IMG/VR virus record: IMGVR_UViG_3300025009_000098 | Span: 1,169-65,168 of that record | Length of the DNA: 64,000 nt | Strand: one strand, 5' to 3' | From: a virus | Taxonomy: Duplodnaviria > Caudoviricetes | Part shown: piece by piece, positions 17,358 to 26,805 of the stretch | Layout of the letters: the number at the start of each line of letters is the position of its first letter | How positions within the stretch are numbered: position 1 is the first letter of the stretch | Notes under the pieces: model-generated | Databases searched by the model: none | What the model was told of the DNA's origin: nothing | What the model saw: the letters and a program-made list of their open reading frames with translations, nothing else | Translations under genes and position numbers: made by a program

Positions 17358-17494
17358 TGGTCATCTGCTGGTACTGCGGATGTGATTATATCGGCCCAAA
17401 CTGCCCAATCTGCGGATATCCGCCAACGAATGATTGCGATGACTACGAGGTGAATCATGAGGGTGATTCCAGAGGCGAATCTTACAATGAGTGA
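17357..17494 (+). CDS. zinc-ribbon microprotein (45 aa)
   Basis: Not in track: MVICWYCGCDYIGPNCPICGYPP...; TGATG coupling. Confidence 0.55.
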   Translation: MVICWYCGCDYIGPNCPICGYPPTNDCDDYEVNHEGDSRGESYNE

Positions 17495-17660
17495 TAGAAA
17501 TGACGATGGCCTTCATGGCGTGAAGGACAGGTACTGTAAAGACGACAGCAGTCTATGGTGTTTCGCTTTTGACTGCAACGGGCGGCAAGGTAAGTCTTGT
17601 GACAGGTTTTCGATGATTTCAACAGGCGTTAAATTTTGCGCTGACGAGAAAAAGAGATAA
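17487..17660 (+). CDS. small Cys-rich protein
   Basis: Five Cys in 57 aa. Confidence 0.45.
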   Translation: MSDRNDDGLHGVKDRYCKDDSSLWCFAFDCNGRQGKSCDRFSMISTGVKFCADEKKR

Positions 17661-17665
17661 AAAAC

Positions 17666-18139
17666 ATGCTTAAACAAATAGCCCTCGTCATATGGTTCAT
17701 CTTCTTTCTCACATTCCCAGCCTACGGGATGCAGGCCAAAGTCTTCCAGGTTATCGACGGTGACACCATCAAAGTAATTTCTGCCAATGGATTAAAGACC
17801 ATCAGGCTCTACGGAGTCGATTCTCCAGAGAAAAAGCAGGCGTTCGGGCTGGCGGCCAAAGACTTCACCTCAACTTTTATCGACGGCAAGACCGTTGATG
17901 TAACTCCGATAGATACTGATCGCTACGGTCGCACAGTGGCAATCGTCATGCTTGGGACGCAGTGTCTTCAGGAGCAACTCATCCTCGCCGGTTACGCCTG
18001 GGTCTATCCAGCCTATTGCAAAAAATCATTCTGCGGGGCATGGACTACTCTGCAGGGTATCAGCGCTGGCAACCGGGTTGGACTGTGGGCCGGGCCTGTG
18101 CCGGTGCGACCTTGGGAGTGGAGACGGGCACAGCGATGA
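17666..18139 (+). CDS. thermonuclease (SNase-like) with signal/anchor sequence
   Basis: VIDGDTI, IRLYGVDSPE, DRYGRTVA, GYAWVY, GLW...PWEWRR. Confidence 0.92.
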   Translation: MLKQIALVIWFIFFLTFPAYGMQAKVFQVIDGDTIKVISANGLKTIRLYGVDSPEKKQAFGLAAKDFTSTFIDGKTVDVTPIDTDRYGRTVAIVMLGTQCLQEQLILAGYAWVYPAYCKKSFCGAWTTLQGISAGNRVGLWAGPVPVRPWEWRRAQR

Positions 18140-18663
18140 ACTACGTCAAAATAGCCTGCTGGGGAGCAATCCTGACCGTCCCTGATTTCCTTGCTAGAGT
18201 CTGGCCGTATGACCTGTTGCCAGAGGAATGGCCGACGTTCTGCGGATCAGGCCCTGGACTGGGTGATGCGATTGTCCCTGACAGTATCCATGGTGTAAGA
18301 ATATCCCCGGCTTGTCTAGTCCATGACGTAGAGTGGGCAATTTCTCCAAACACATTTCCAGAGTTTATGGGGGCAAATGGCAGGCTGTTCCTGAACAGTG
18401 TAGCCCTGATCATGGCATCTGATTTGTCCACATGGCAAACTATCCGGGCAATGAATCGAGCGATGACGGCATACCTCACGGCGGTTTGTACGGTAGGTGT
18501 TCTGTTTTTTTCATGGTTTTCAAATCGGCATGAGGCTATTGACCCGCTCAATCATCCAATCGTCAAGGCGCGATTGAGACAGATTACCGAAGCCCGCGGC
18601 AAGATAGATCGAGGCGGGTACGAAGAAGACCCATATGATGCATGGGAAGGGACTGAGATATGA
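18136..18663 (+). CDS. phospholipase A2-like protein
   Basis: CGSG...ACLVHD (PLA2-type His-Asp motif) plus a C-terminal hydrophobic segment; start ATG 18136. Confidence 0.5.
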   Translation: MNYVKIACWGAILTVPDFLARVWPYDLLPEEWPTFCGSGPGLGDAIVPDSIHGVRISPACLVHDVEWAISPNTFPEFMGANGRLFLNSVALIMASDLSTWQTIRAMNRAMTAYLTAVCTVGVLFFSWFSNRHEAIDPLNHPIVKARLRQITEARGKIDRGGYEEDPYDAWEGTEI

Positions 18664-19376
18664 TACTGAGAGATGGCAAGACGATAACTGAAGATCCACG
18701 TTGCGGGCTCATCCCGCAGGAGGACACCAGGGCCGAGCACCTCTTCGCTGCTGCGCCACCGGATGGAGGTATCGACCTCAGTCTGCGGGAACTTATTTCA
18801 AAGCGCCGGGTCAAGAAATTCGGCGATCCGCTCCTCAATCAAGAGCAATGGTCAGCATGTGCTGGGATGACGATGGCGGCAGCACTCGAACATGAGCCCG
18901 GAATCCGAACTATGGGGTCTGAATGGGCGATCAATTTCTACTTCGACGCACAGGACCATGATTCTTTCCCCGGCAGCGAAAGGCCAGGCGACCCGATTCA
19001 GGGTTACGGGACATCAATGGTGGCAATCTGCGAAGAAGCCAAACGCCAGGGGTTGATCAAAAACTGGTATCGGGCACACACCATCGAAGAGGTCATTATC
19101 GGCCTTGGGTACTATTCATGTCCTTTATTTGGTTTTGAGTGGACCGATGGAATGATGTATCCGAATCACAAGGGCCTTTCCGTCCCGACCGGCAAGACCG
19201 TGGGCGGCCATGCTCATCTCGGGACGTTCGTCAATCTGCGGGATGGCTTGCTCGGCGGGCCTAATTCGTGGGATGGCTGGAACCCGGCACAAAATGGCTT
19301 CTGGGTAATGAAGATATCGGATGTCGAAAACAGGCTGCACCATGGCGGAGAGTGTGTTTTTCTGGAAAAAGTGTAA
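18660..19376 (+). CDS. papain-like (C1) cysteine peptidase
   Basis: LNQEQWSACAG (oxyanion Gln, catalytic Cys), GGHA (His), NSW (Asn). Confidence 0.85.
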   Translation: MILRDGKTITEDPRCGLIPQEDTRAEHLFAAAPPDGGIDLSLRELISKRRVKKFGDPLLNQEQWSACAGMTMAAALEHEPGIRTMGSEWAINFYFDAQDHDSFPGSERPGDPIQGYGTSMVAICEEAKRQGLIKNWYRAHTIEEVIIGLGYYSCPLFGFEWTDGMMYPNHKGLSVPTGKTVGGHAHLGTFVNLRDGLLGGPNSWDGWNPAQNGFWVMKISDVENRLHHGGECVFLEKV

Positions 19377-19411
19377 CGGTTGCAGAACTCAAAATGGCCT
19401 CGGGGTGTGAT

Positions 19412-19837
19412 ATGACAGCAGAACAGCATGTAGCAAAGTGCAGTTATGGAGAAGATGGAATGTGTGCTTTGCATGGTGTTGAGGTTGAGCGGCGCAAAGG
19501 TATGGAAGCCTTGACGGATAATATTCCCAAAATGCTATCTTGGCAGAACAGAATAGTTGGATGGTCTCTGCTTGTTACTGTATTTGTAATTGGGGCGTAT
19601 GCTTACACGAATCAGATTAAGAATGAAATGAAGGTACAGTACGCAGAAGGAATTGGGTCTACTGCTACTGAGATTAAAATTATGACAAAGCAACTCGAGC
19701 AGTTGTCCAACGGCCAAGCCAGGACGGAGGAGCGATATGCCTCCCTGCTGAGATCAATAACGGAGCTGAGCTCCAGCGTCAATACTTTGACCTACCTGCA
19801 GTTTGAAAAGAAAGAGGAGGCGAAGAAACCCAGATGA
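19412..19837 (+). CDS. single-TM coiled-coil membrane protein (lysis-module accessory)
   Basis: TM IVGWSLLVTVFVIGAYAY followed by a heptad-rich region. Confidence 0.6.
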   Translation: MTAEQHVAKCSYGEDGMCALHGVEVERRKGMEALTDNIPKMLSWQNRIVGWSLLVTVFVIGAYAYTNQIKNEMKVQYAEGIGSTATEIKIMTKQLEQLSNGQARTEERYASLLRSITELSSSVNTLTYLQFEKKEEAKKPR

Positions 19838-19990
19838 GCACCGCCCAAAGGATCCAGGAACTGCTTGACTGCGCTGTCCGTGTACCTGAGAAGGACGCGG
19901 CCGGTATCATTACCGCCGCCGGCATCGATGCCCAGGTCAGAGTCAAGGCCCTCAATGACTGCCTGAAGATTGCTCAGGATGAGGAGAAAC

Positions 19991-20389
19991 ATGAGCGTGA
20001 TTGACGACCTCAAGAAACACGAGGGGTTCAGGGCCAAGCCCTACCGGTGCTCGGAAGGTTTCCTTACAATCGGCTACGGCCTCAACCTCGACGCCGGCAT
20101 TACCAGGGACGAAGCGACTATGCTGCTCGAGCACCGGGTCTCAGTCCTGCAGGACGTACTGGCAGTGCGGCTGTCGTTCTGGTACCGGCTCACTCAAGCT
20201 AGAAAAGACGTGTTACTCAATATGGCCTACAATCTCGGGGTTGCCGGGTTGCTGGGATTCAAGACGACGCTCAGGCTGGTCTCTGAAGAGAACTACACGG
20301 AGGCCTCCAAGCAGATGCTGAAAAGCAAATGGGCAAAACAGGTAGGCGGTAGGGCTCTCTGGCTGTCCAACAAGATGCGAGAGGGTTGA
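19991..20389 (+). CDS. endolysin, glycoside hydrolase family 24 (T4-lysozyme-like)
   Basis: HEGFRAKPYRCSEGFLTIGYG, NMAYNLG, SKWAKQVGGRA; ATG 19991 with GAGGAG RBS. Confidence 0.93.
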   Translation: MSVIDDLKKHEGFRAKPYRCSEGFLTIGYGLNLDAGITRDEATMLLEHRVSVLQDVLAVRLSFWYRLTQARKDVLLNMAYNLGVAGLLGFKTTLRLVSEENYTEASKQMLKSKWAKQVGGRALWLSNKMREG

Positions 20390-20390
20390 G

Positions 20391-20600
20391 GTGTACGAAC
20401 TGATCATTGACCCTTTTCTCTGCGCCGCCTGCGGCAACTGCGACCGGCGCCTGCCGGGGCTGCACCTGAAAGCTACCGGCAACCGGCTGCTGGTCAATGA
20501 GAATAACTCGATCGTTGATTTCGTTGCAATTTTCCGCGCAATAGGTGATTGTTACATGGACGCGCTGACCTTGAGGAGACTAGATGGCCGACCAGCTTGA
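20391..20600 (+). CDS. mono-cluster ferredoxin-like protein
   Basis: IDPFLCAACGNC (CxxCxxC) and distal DCYMDAL matching the CPxxAI position. Confidence 0.65.
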   Translation: MYELIIDPFLCAACGNCDRRLPGLHLKATGNRLLVNENNSIVDFVAIFRAIGDCYMDALTLRRLDGRPA

Positions 20601-20778
20601 CCGCGCCTGGGACCTGCAGGAGATGCACCTGAAGCATATACTGCTGAACCGTCCGCAAATGGTCGGAGAGTCCCGGACCCACTGTCTGGAGTGCGAGGAA
20701 CCAATCCCCGAGGGGCGCAGGCGGGCGGCACCGGGGTGTCAATACTGTGTACAGTGCGCTGAGGAGTTGCAGGGATGA
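20584..20778 (+). CDS. TraR/DksA C4-type zinc finger protein
   Basis: MADQLDRA...CLECEEPIPEGRRRAAPGCQYCVQCAE. Confidence 0.92.
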   Translation: MADQLDRAWDLQEMHLKHILLNRPQMVGESRTHCLECEEPIPEGRRRAAPGCQYCVQCAEELQG

Positions 20779-21710
20779 TAAAGCAAGGGGGAGTATATCA
20801 GATTGTCAATACCGAGAACGGCAAGCGGTATATTGGGAGTGCTAAGTGTTTCCGGGTCAGACGGGGAGTACACTTTCGGCTGCTCACTGCCGACAACCAC
20901 CACGCATATAAGATGCAGGTGGAGTGGAGCCACTACCCTACTGAGGCGTTCAAGTTTGAAATTCTGTTGATCTGTGCCCCCAAAGACTGTCTGTACTACG
21001 AGCAGAAGTTTCTGGACTTCTTCAAGCCTGAGTACAACGTGAACCCTACAGCACAGAGCAGGTTCGGAGCGCGGAATACTGCGGAGCATTGCAGGAAAAT
21101 AAGCGAGGCGCATAAAGGTAAGACCTACGACGCCGCCAGAACTGCGCAGATACGTGCTACACTGCTTGAGAAGGACACTGGTAAAAGGTACAAATGCAAC
21201 GGCAAGGTCATGAGTATTCGGAAGGCTTCTGATGTGTTTGGAATCTCGTATAACGTATTGCAGCACAGAGTGAAAATATATGGGAGCCTTCAGGCAGCAG
21301 TAGACCATATCCCAACTAGCGTGGACGAGATACGGCAGAAAGCCTATGAAGCCTCCCGAGCAAACGCAACAAGGGTTGAATGCAACGGCGAGTTTAAAAG
21401 CATCCCAGAGTGGGCGAAGTTTTTTGGGGTGGATAGGCGAAGTCTGTACAAGAAAGTCCACAATGGGATGACTGTGGCGCAGGCGATTGCCAGCTTCAAG
21501 GCTCCGCTTACTATCACACTTGATGGAGTCACTAAGGCGATCACAGAGTGGGCTGCTGAGACCGGGCTTACCATGAACACCATTAAGGGCAGGCTCAAGC
21601 GCGGGTGGAGTGCCAGAGATACCTTGACCATCCCCAGAGGAAAACAAGGCATGGATGTGCGGAAGTCGTATCATGCTGATAGTCAGGCTCAACAGAGCAT
21701 TGGAGCATAA
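20775..21710 (+). mobile_element. free-standing GIY-YIG homing endonuclease
   Basis: GVYQIVN...YIGSA; NUMOD3-like EHCRKISEAHKG; three C-terminal HTH-like repeats. Confidence 0.88.
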
Positions 21711-23158
21711 TGGCCGCAATCGATTTTCAATATACCGCTCCTAAAATTGTTGGGCAATTCATGCGTTCAGACGCAGAATTTAAAGCAATTCTCGGACCTT
21801 ATGGGAGCGGCAAGAGCGTCGGTTGCTGCGTGGAAATACTTCGCCGGTGTATCCAGCAGGTTAAGTCTCAGGATGGGTTCAAATACAGCCGGTGGGTGGT
21901 CGTACGGAATGTTAGGCAGCAATTAAAAGACACGACGCTAAAGACCTGGTTTCAGTGGATCAAACCCGGCGTACTGGGGTTCTGGAAAGAGACAGATAGT
22001 ACGTTCTACATGCACTTTAATGATGTTAGGGCAGAGATCCTTTTCCGGGCCCTCGATACTCCGGAGGATGTGCAGAAGGTTCTCTCACTCGAAATCACCG
22101 GATGCTGGTTGAATGAATGTCAATTTATTCCTCGGGAGATCATTGAAGGTCTGCAGGGCAGGTTGAAACGATACCCGTCGAAGGAGATGGGCGGGTCCAA
22201 TTACTGGATGATGATGGCCGATACCAACCCGCCGGCAATGGACTCTTACTGGTACAAAATATTTGAGCATATCCCTATCGATGAAGCGGATCCGAACTCG
22301 GTAGTGGACTGCGATACGTTCAAGCAGCCGTCTGGGCTTTCGCCGGAAGCGGACAATCTTGAGAACCTCGCCGAAGGCTACTACGAGAAGCTCGCCCTCG
22401 GTAAGTCAAAAGTGTTTGTCGACGCCTCTGTCCACGCCCTCTATCCTCCGTCTCAATCTGGCAAGCCAGTCTATCATGCGACTTTCCGGCGAGATCGTCA
22501 CGTATCCAAAACACCGCTGCCAATTAATCCATATCTACCCGTAATTGTTGGACAAGATTTCGGGCTCACCCCCGCAGGGCTGTGGATGCAGATGCAGGAG
22601 GATGGGAGGATATTTGTCTTGCGAGAAACGCCGGCGTTCGATATGGGCACGAAGCGGTATATTAGAAGCCGGTTCCGGCCGATGCAGATGACGACCTTCC
22701 CAACCAACCCGATCGTCGTGATCGGTGACCCTTCGGGTGTGCGACGGGCGGACTCTGACGAGGGCACGAGCTTCAAAGAGTTCAAGGACGCTGGATATAT
22801 CGCCAAGCCGGCGTCGACCAACGACCCGGAGGTCAGGATAAAAGCCTTGGATGAACTGTTCTCAATGTATCCGGATGGAGAGCCTGCCATTCTCATTGAC
22901 CCTGCCTGCAAGTCGTTCATCGGGGCCATGGCTTCCAGTTATCGGTATCCTCGCAAGAAGCAGGCGTTTGGGGAAGAGTACGGCGAGAAGCCAGACAAGT
23001 CTCATCCCTGTTCGCATCTCGTGGAGGGGGGACAATATGGTGCGATGTTTCTCACCGGCAGAAAATATGACCCCGCTGATTACACAGTTTACGATGACCA
23101 GTTTAATCCACTGGCTACCCACAACCCATACAGACCTGCCCAGCGCGAAGGATACTAA
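21710..23158 (+). CDS. terL: terminase large subunit
   Basis: Walker A GPYGSGKS, Walker B-like WLNE, DTNPP, nuclease GQDFGLTP, DPSG. Confidence 0.95.
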   Translation: MAAIDFQYTAPKIVGQFMRSDAEFKAILGPYGSGKSVGCCVEILRRCIQQVKSQDGFKYSRWVVVRNVRQQLKDTTLKTWFQWIKPGVLGFWKETDSTFYMHFNDVRAEILFRALDTPEDVQKVLSLEITGCWLNECQFIPREIIEGLQGRLKRYPSKEMGGSNYWMMMADTNPPAMDSYWYKIFEHIPIDEADPNSVVDCDTFKQPSGLSPEADNLENLAEGYYEKLALGKSKVFVDASVHALYPPSQSGKPVYHATFRRDRHVSKTPLPINPYLPVIVGQDFGLTPAGLWMQMQEDGRIFVLRETPAFDMGTKRYIRSRFRPMQMTTFPTNPIVVIGDPSGVRRADSDEGTSFKEFKDAGYIAKPASTNDPEVRIKALDELFSMYPDGEPAILIDPACKSFIGAMASSYRYPRKKQAFGEEYGEKPDKSHPCSHLVEGGQYGAMFLTGRKYDPADYTVYDDQFNPLATHNPYRPAQREGY

Positions 23159-23160
23159 AA

Positions 23161-25236
23161 ATGGCAAAATACAACTTCGATGAACTGTCCAAGCTCGGCA
23201 CCCACCTGAAGGGCACCCTCGCCCAGTTCATCAACGACCGGGCTCTCTGTGAGGCACAGTGGTTGAAGAACCTGCGGCAGTACCTCGGCAAGTACGACCC
23301 GGAGATCCTCAAGTATATCCAGGACGAGCGCAGTCATGTCTACCCTCGCGATACCAAGGTCAAAATCAAGGGCGGAGTGGCGAAGATGATGGAGATGATG
23401 TTCCCGAGTCAGGACCGCAACTGGACCCTGTCGGTGTCGCCATCCCCCTCTATCCCCAAAGACGCCCTTGAGAACATCCTGGCCAACCTACAGCAGACCG
23501 GGGAGCCGATCAGCAGTGAGACGATCGAGCGGGCGGTCAGGGAGTTCGCCGAGGATCGCAAGGGCAGGATGGAGACCGAGATCGCCGATCAGCTCTCAGA
23601 CGCTAATGTCGACCACCCCCAGCTCTGCAAGCGGGTCACCCGCAGCGGCTATATCTACGGGTTCGGCGTCGCCCGTTGTCCGATGGTGCGCACTCAGCGA
23701 GAGCGTTACTGGGAGATGGACGAGGCCACCGGCGCCTATGCCGCCAAGGAGAAGACCATTCGCCGGCCGTACCCGGAGTATGTGCGGATATGGGACTTTT
23801 ACCCGGATCTCTCGGCCAAGTGCTGGGAGGACCAGGAGATGATGTTCGAGCGGGCCGTCCTCAGCCGTCACGACTTCCGGGAACTGGCCAAACGCGACGA
23901 CTTTATCGGCAAGAGCATCCGCGACTATATCAGGGACCACGCCACCGGCAACTACCTGGCCAAGTCCTACGAGGCCGAGCTGCACACCCTGGCCAAGACC
24001 TCGAACCTCGCCGACCGTACCGCCCGCCGCTACGAGATCTACCGCAGCCTTGGTTTCATCTCGGGGCATACCCTGGCGGCGGCCGGCATCGAGGTACCCG
24101 AAGACAATCTCGATATGGACATCCTGGCCGATCTATGGTTCGTCGACGATGTTGTGATCAAGGCCGTGGTCGCGCCGTTCGGCAAACGCCCCTCTGACCA
24201 ATATCATGCCTTTATCTACACCGAGGACGAGGACAGCGGCCTGACCGGCGTCGGGATGCCGGAGGAGATCAGGGACTCGCAGATGTCGATCTGTGCTTCG
24301 ACCAGGGCGTTGATGGACAATATGGCAGCAACTGCTGGCCCCATCCTCGAAGTCAACGTTGAATTGCTGGCCAGGGGGCGTAAGAGCATCGGACCTATCC
24401 ATCCGTTCATGACCATCGAGCGTGAGGGTGACGGAGTGGCGGCTCAGTATCCTGCAGTACGGGCAGTCACGACCCAGTCGCATGTTGCCGAGATCCTCAG
24501 CATCATCACCATGCAGCGGCAGCAGCTCGACATCGAGAGCAACCTGCCGGCCTACACCATGGGGGCGATGCAGCAGCAACCACTCGGCGAGGCCTTCAGG
24601 ACCTCGAACAATATGAGCATGATGATGGGCTCGGCGAACATGGTGACGAAAGACACCGTCCGGGCCTTCGACAAGTTCACTACCAGCTTGATTGGGTCTA
24701 TGTTGAACTGGAACATGGAGTTCAATCCGAATGAGGAGATCAAGGGGGATTACCAGCCGGTTGCCAAGGGCAATCTCTCGTTGGTTGCCAAGGAAGTACG
24801 CGGCGCCGCCCTTGACCAGTTCGTCACCACCCTGACCCCGGAGGAGCGGGCCATCCTTGACACATACGGGCTGCTGGTCGATCGCCTCAAGGCGCGTGAC
24901 CTGCCGGTTGACCGGATGCTGCCAGAGGACGAGGCTAAGAAGGTGCTGGCCGACATGCGGGCCGCTGCCTCGCAGGCCGCTCAGGTCGAGCAGGGGCTGA
25001 CCACTGCCAAGACCGAGGCCGCCACCGCCTCGGCTGAGAAACAGCGCACCGACGCGCAGGTAGTAGCGGCAACCGCTGAGGCTACAATTCAGGAAATCCT
25101 GTCGCGGGTTGAGCAGAACCTGGCCAACGCCAAGACAGGGCAGGACAAGGTGCAGTTGGAGAATCTGAAAACCTTACTGCTTACCGCAGTAAAACCTGAG
25201 AAGGAAACTAAGAAAGGGGGAAAGAAGGATGCTTAA
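23161..25236 (+). CDS. portal protein
   Basis: 691 aa after TerL; WLKNLRQYLG, WDFYPD, helical C-terminal barrel typical of podovirus portals. Confidence 0.88.
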   Translation: MAKYNFDELSKLGTHLKGTLAQFINDRALCEAQWLKNLRQYLGKYDPEILKYIQDERSHVYPRDTKVKIKGGVAKMMEMMFPSQDRNWTLSVSPSPSIPKDALENILANLQQTGEPISSETIERAVREFAEDRKGRMETEIADQLSDANVDHPQLCKRVTRSGYIYGFGVARCPMVRTQRERYWEMDEATGAYAAKEKTIRRPYPEYVRIWDFYPDLSAKCWEDQEMMFERAVLSRHDFRELAKRDDFIGKSIRDYIRDHATGNYLAKSYEAELHTLAKTSNLADRTARRYEIYRSLGFISGHTLAAAGIEVPEDNLDMDILADLWFVDDVVIKAVVAPFGKRPSDQYHAFIYTEDEDSGLTGVGMPEEIRDSQMSICASTRALMDNMAATAGPILEVNVELLARGRKSIGPIHPFMTIEREGDGVAAQYPAVRAVTTQSHVAEILSIITMQRQQLDIESNLPAYTMGAMQQQPLGEAFRTSNNMSMMMGSANMVTKDTVRAFDKFTTSLIGSMLNWNMEFNPNEEIKGDYQPVAKGNLSLVAKEVRGAALDQFVTTLTPEERAILDTYGLLVDRLKARDLPVDRMLPEDEAKKVLADMRAAASQAAQVEQGLTTAKTEAATASAEKQRTDAQVVAATAEATIQEILSRVEQNLANAKTGQDKVQLENLKTLLLTAVKPEKETKKGGKKDA

Positions 25237-25260
25237 GATATTTGCGGGCGGGGCGGGCAG

Positions 25261-25557
25261 ATGAGAATAATCAGTTTATCGGAACCGGGAAACTTCGCTT
25301 TCTGGTGTCCTGGTTGTCTGGAGTATCATCGTTTCGACAATACCCATGCTTTTAATGGAAACACTGATAGGCCAACGATACATACCAGCATAGAGGCCAG
25401 GTGCACACCAAAACCGAGTTTAGGTTTACATACTCTGGCAGACAGGGAGACGAAAGGTACTTGTCATTCTTTTGTAAAAGATGGAATGATCCAGTTCCTT
25501 GATAACTGTACCCATAAACTAGTTGGGCAGACCGTGGAAATTCCGAGGATTGAATAA
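25261..25557 (+). CDS. DUF6527-like zinc-binding protein (moron)
   Basis: FWCPGC..H...FNGNTDRPT...CHSFVKDGMIQFLDNCTH.L.GQTV; AT-richer than neighbours. Confidence 0.7.
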   Translation: MRIISLSEPGNFAFWCPGCLEYHRFDNTHAFNGNTDRPTIHTSIEARCTPKPSLGLHTLADRETKGTCHSFVKDGMIQFLDNCTHKLVGQTVEIPRIE

Positions 25558-25607
25558 GGGATTACCACATTATTATTTCAAAAAGCATGTGAAGGGGGAG
25601 AAGAAAA

Positions 25608-25802
25608 ATGGCAAACAAGGAAAGGGAAGCGGAAATTGAAGACATTCTCAAGACTTACAAGACAGCCGAGCCGGTGCAGTTGTTCCTCGAACTGTTCCAG
25701 CTTCGGCGTGAGAGGCATCGTGACAAGTTAGAGGACGGTGAGAATGCCGAAGCTCGCGGAAAATCGCAGGAATGTAAGTCGTTGATACAGCTTTTTGATT
25801 GA
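25608..25802 (+). CDS. small conserved head-module protein
   Basis: 64-aa helical ORF between portal and scaffold. Confidence 0.7.
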   Translation: MANKEREAEIEDILKTYKTAEPVQLFLELFQLRRERHRDKLEDGENAEARGKSQECKSLIQLFD

Positions 25803-25828
25803 CTTTTACAATAAAATATTGTTACGCT
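25799..25828 (+). promoter_or_regulatory. promoter for scaffold/capsid genes
   Basis: TTGACT-N18-TACGCT with extended -10 TG. Confidence 0.55.
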
Positions 25829-25848
25829 TCTAACAAACCGGAGAAACA

Positions 25849-26778
25849 ATGGAAAATACAGAACAAGATACGACTTTTACTGATTTCGACCTCGCCTTCG
25901 AGGCCACCGCCGGACTGCCGGACCCCGATAAAAAAGAGGAAGGCTTCACCGATCCTCCCGTAGCCCCACCCGCGGACCCCCCGACAGGGGATCTGGTCCC
26001 TCCTGAACCTCCGCCGGTCGATCCTCCCGTTGACCCGCCGGTAGTGCCTGAGCCTCCGGCCGAACCTCCCGGGCCTACTGTTGCAGAACTCGCCGCCAAG
26101 GTCGCTGCCGACGCAGTCGCCAAAGTCAATGCCGATGCCCAGGCCAAGGCTGACAAGGACGCCGCAGACGCTGCAGCCAAAGCTGCTGCCGATGACGCAG
26201 CCGCTCGCGCCGGCAAGGAGAACGTCTCTGCTGACGAGCAGGCTATCCTCGACACACTCGAGGCCAATTTCCCCGAGGTCACCGCCGCCAACGCCGTGCT
26301 CTCTCGGGTGATCATGGCCCGGGTTGAGAACGTGGTTGAGCAGCGGGTGAACGCCGTCCTCGCCCAGATCGCCCCGATCGCCGCCGTTACCCAGAACGTC
26401 GCCCGTAATGCCCACGAGCAGGCCATCCTGGCCAAGCACCCGGATGCATTCACCACGCTTCCGCAGGTCGAGGCCTGGGTCGACTCCCAGCCGAAGGTCT
26501 TAAAAGCCGCGTGGAACAAGGTGCTCGACAACGGCAGCACCGACGACATTATTGAATTGTACGATGTTTTCAAGAAGGATACCGGGAGCGCACAGACACC
26601 GGGATCACCAGGCGCGGCGCCGGATGCTGCCGCCGCCAAAGCAGCAGCAGAGGCCGCTGCGAAGGAAGCCAAGCTCAAAGCCCAGGAAGGCATCAGGAGC
26701 AGGCAGACGACGCAGCAGAGTGGCGTAGATGAGGACGACTTCGAGGGAGCGTTCAATCAATTCGCCGCAAAAGCGTAA
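25849..26778 (+). CDS. capsid scaffolding protein
   Basis: Acidic/Pro-rich N-terminus, Ala-rich helices, DDFEGAFNQFA C-terminus; directly before MCP. Confidence 0.8.
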   Translation: MENTEQDTTFTDFDLAFEATAGLPDPDKKEEGFTDPPVAPPADPPTGDLVPPEPPPVDPPVDPPVVPEPPAEPPGPTVAELAAKVAADAVAKVNADAQAKADKDAADAAAKAAADDAAARAGKENVSADEQAILDTLEANFPEVTAANAVLSRVIMARVENVVEQRVNAVLAQIAPIAAVTQNVARNAHEQAILAKHPDAFTTLPQVEAWVDSQPKVLKAAWNKVLDNGSTDDIIELYDVFKKDTGSAQTPGSPGAAPDAAAAKAAAEAAAKEAKLKAQEGIRSRQTTQQSGVDEDDFEGAFNQFAAKA

Positions 26779-26805
26779 CCCCACCATTCAGGAGGAGCAA
26801 GAATT

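Noticed and set aside
20739-21719. 326-aa minus-strand ORF
   Set aside because: Antisense to the well-supported GIY-YIG gene, with no recognisable motifs. The same applies to the long antisense ORFs over the portal, scaffold, adaptor and primase genes.
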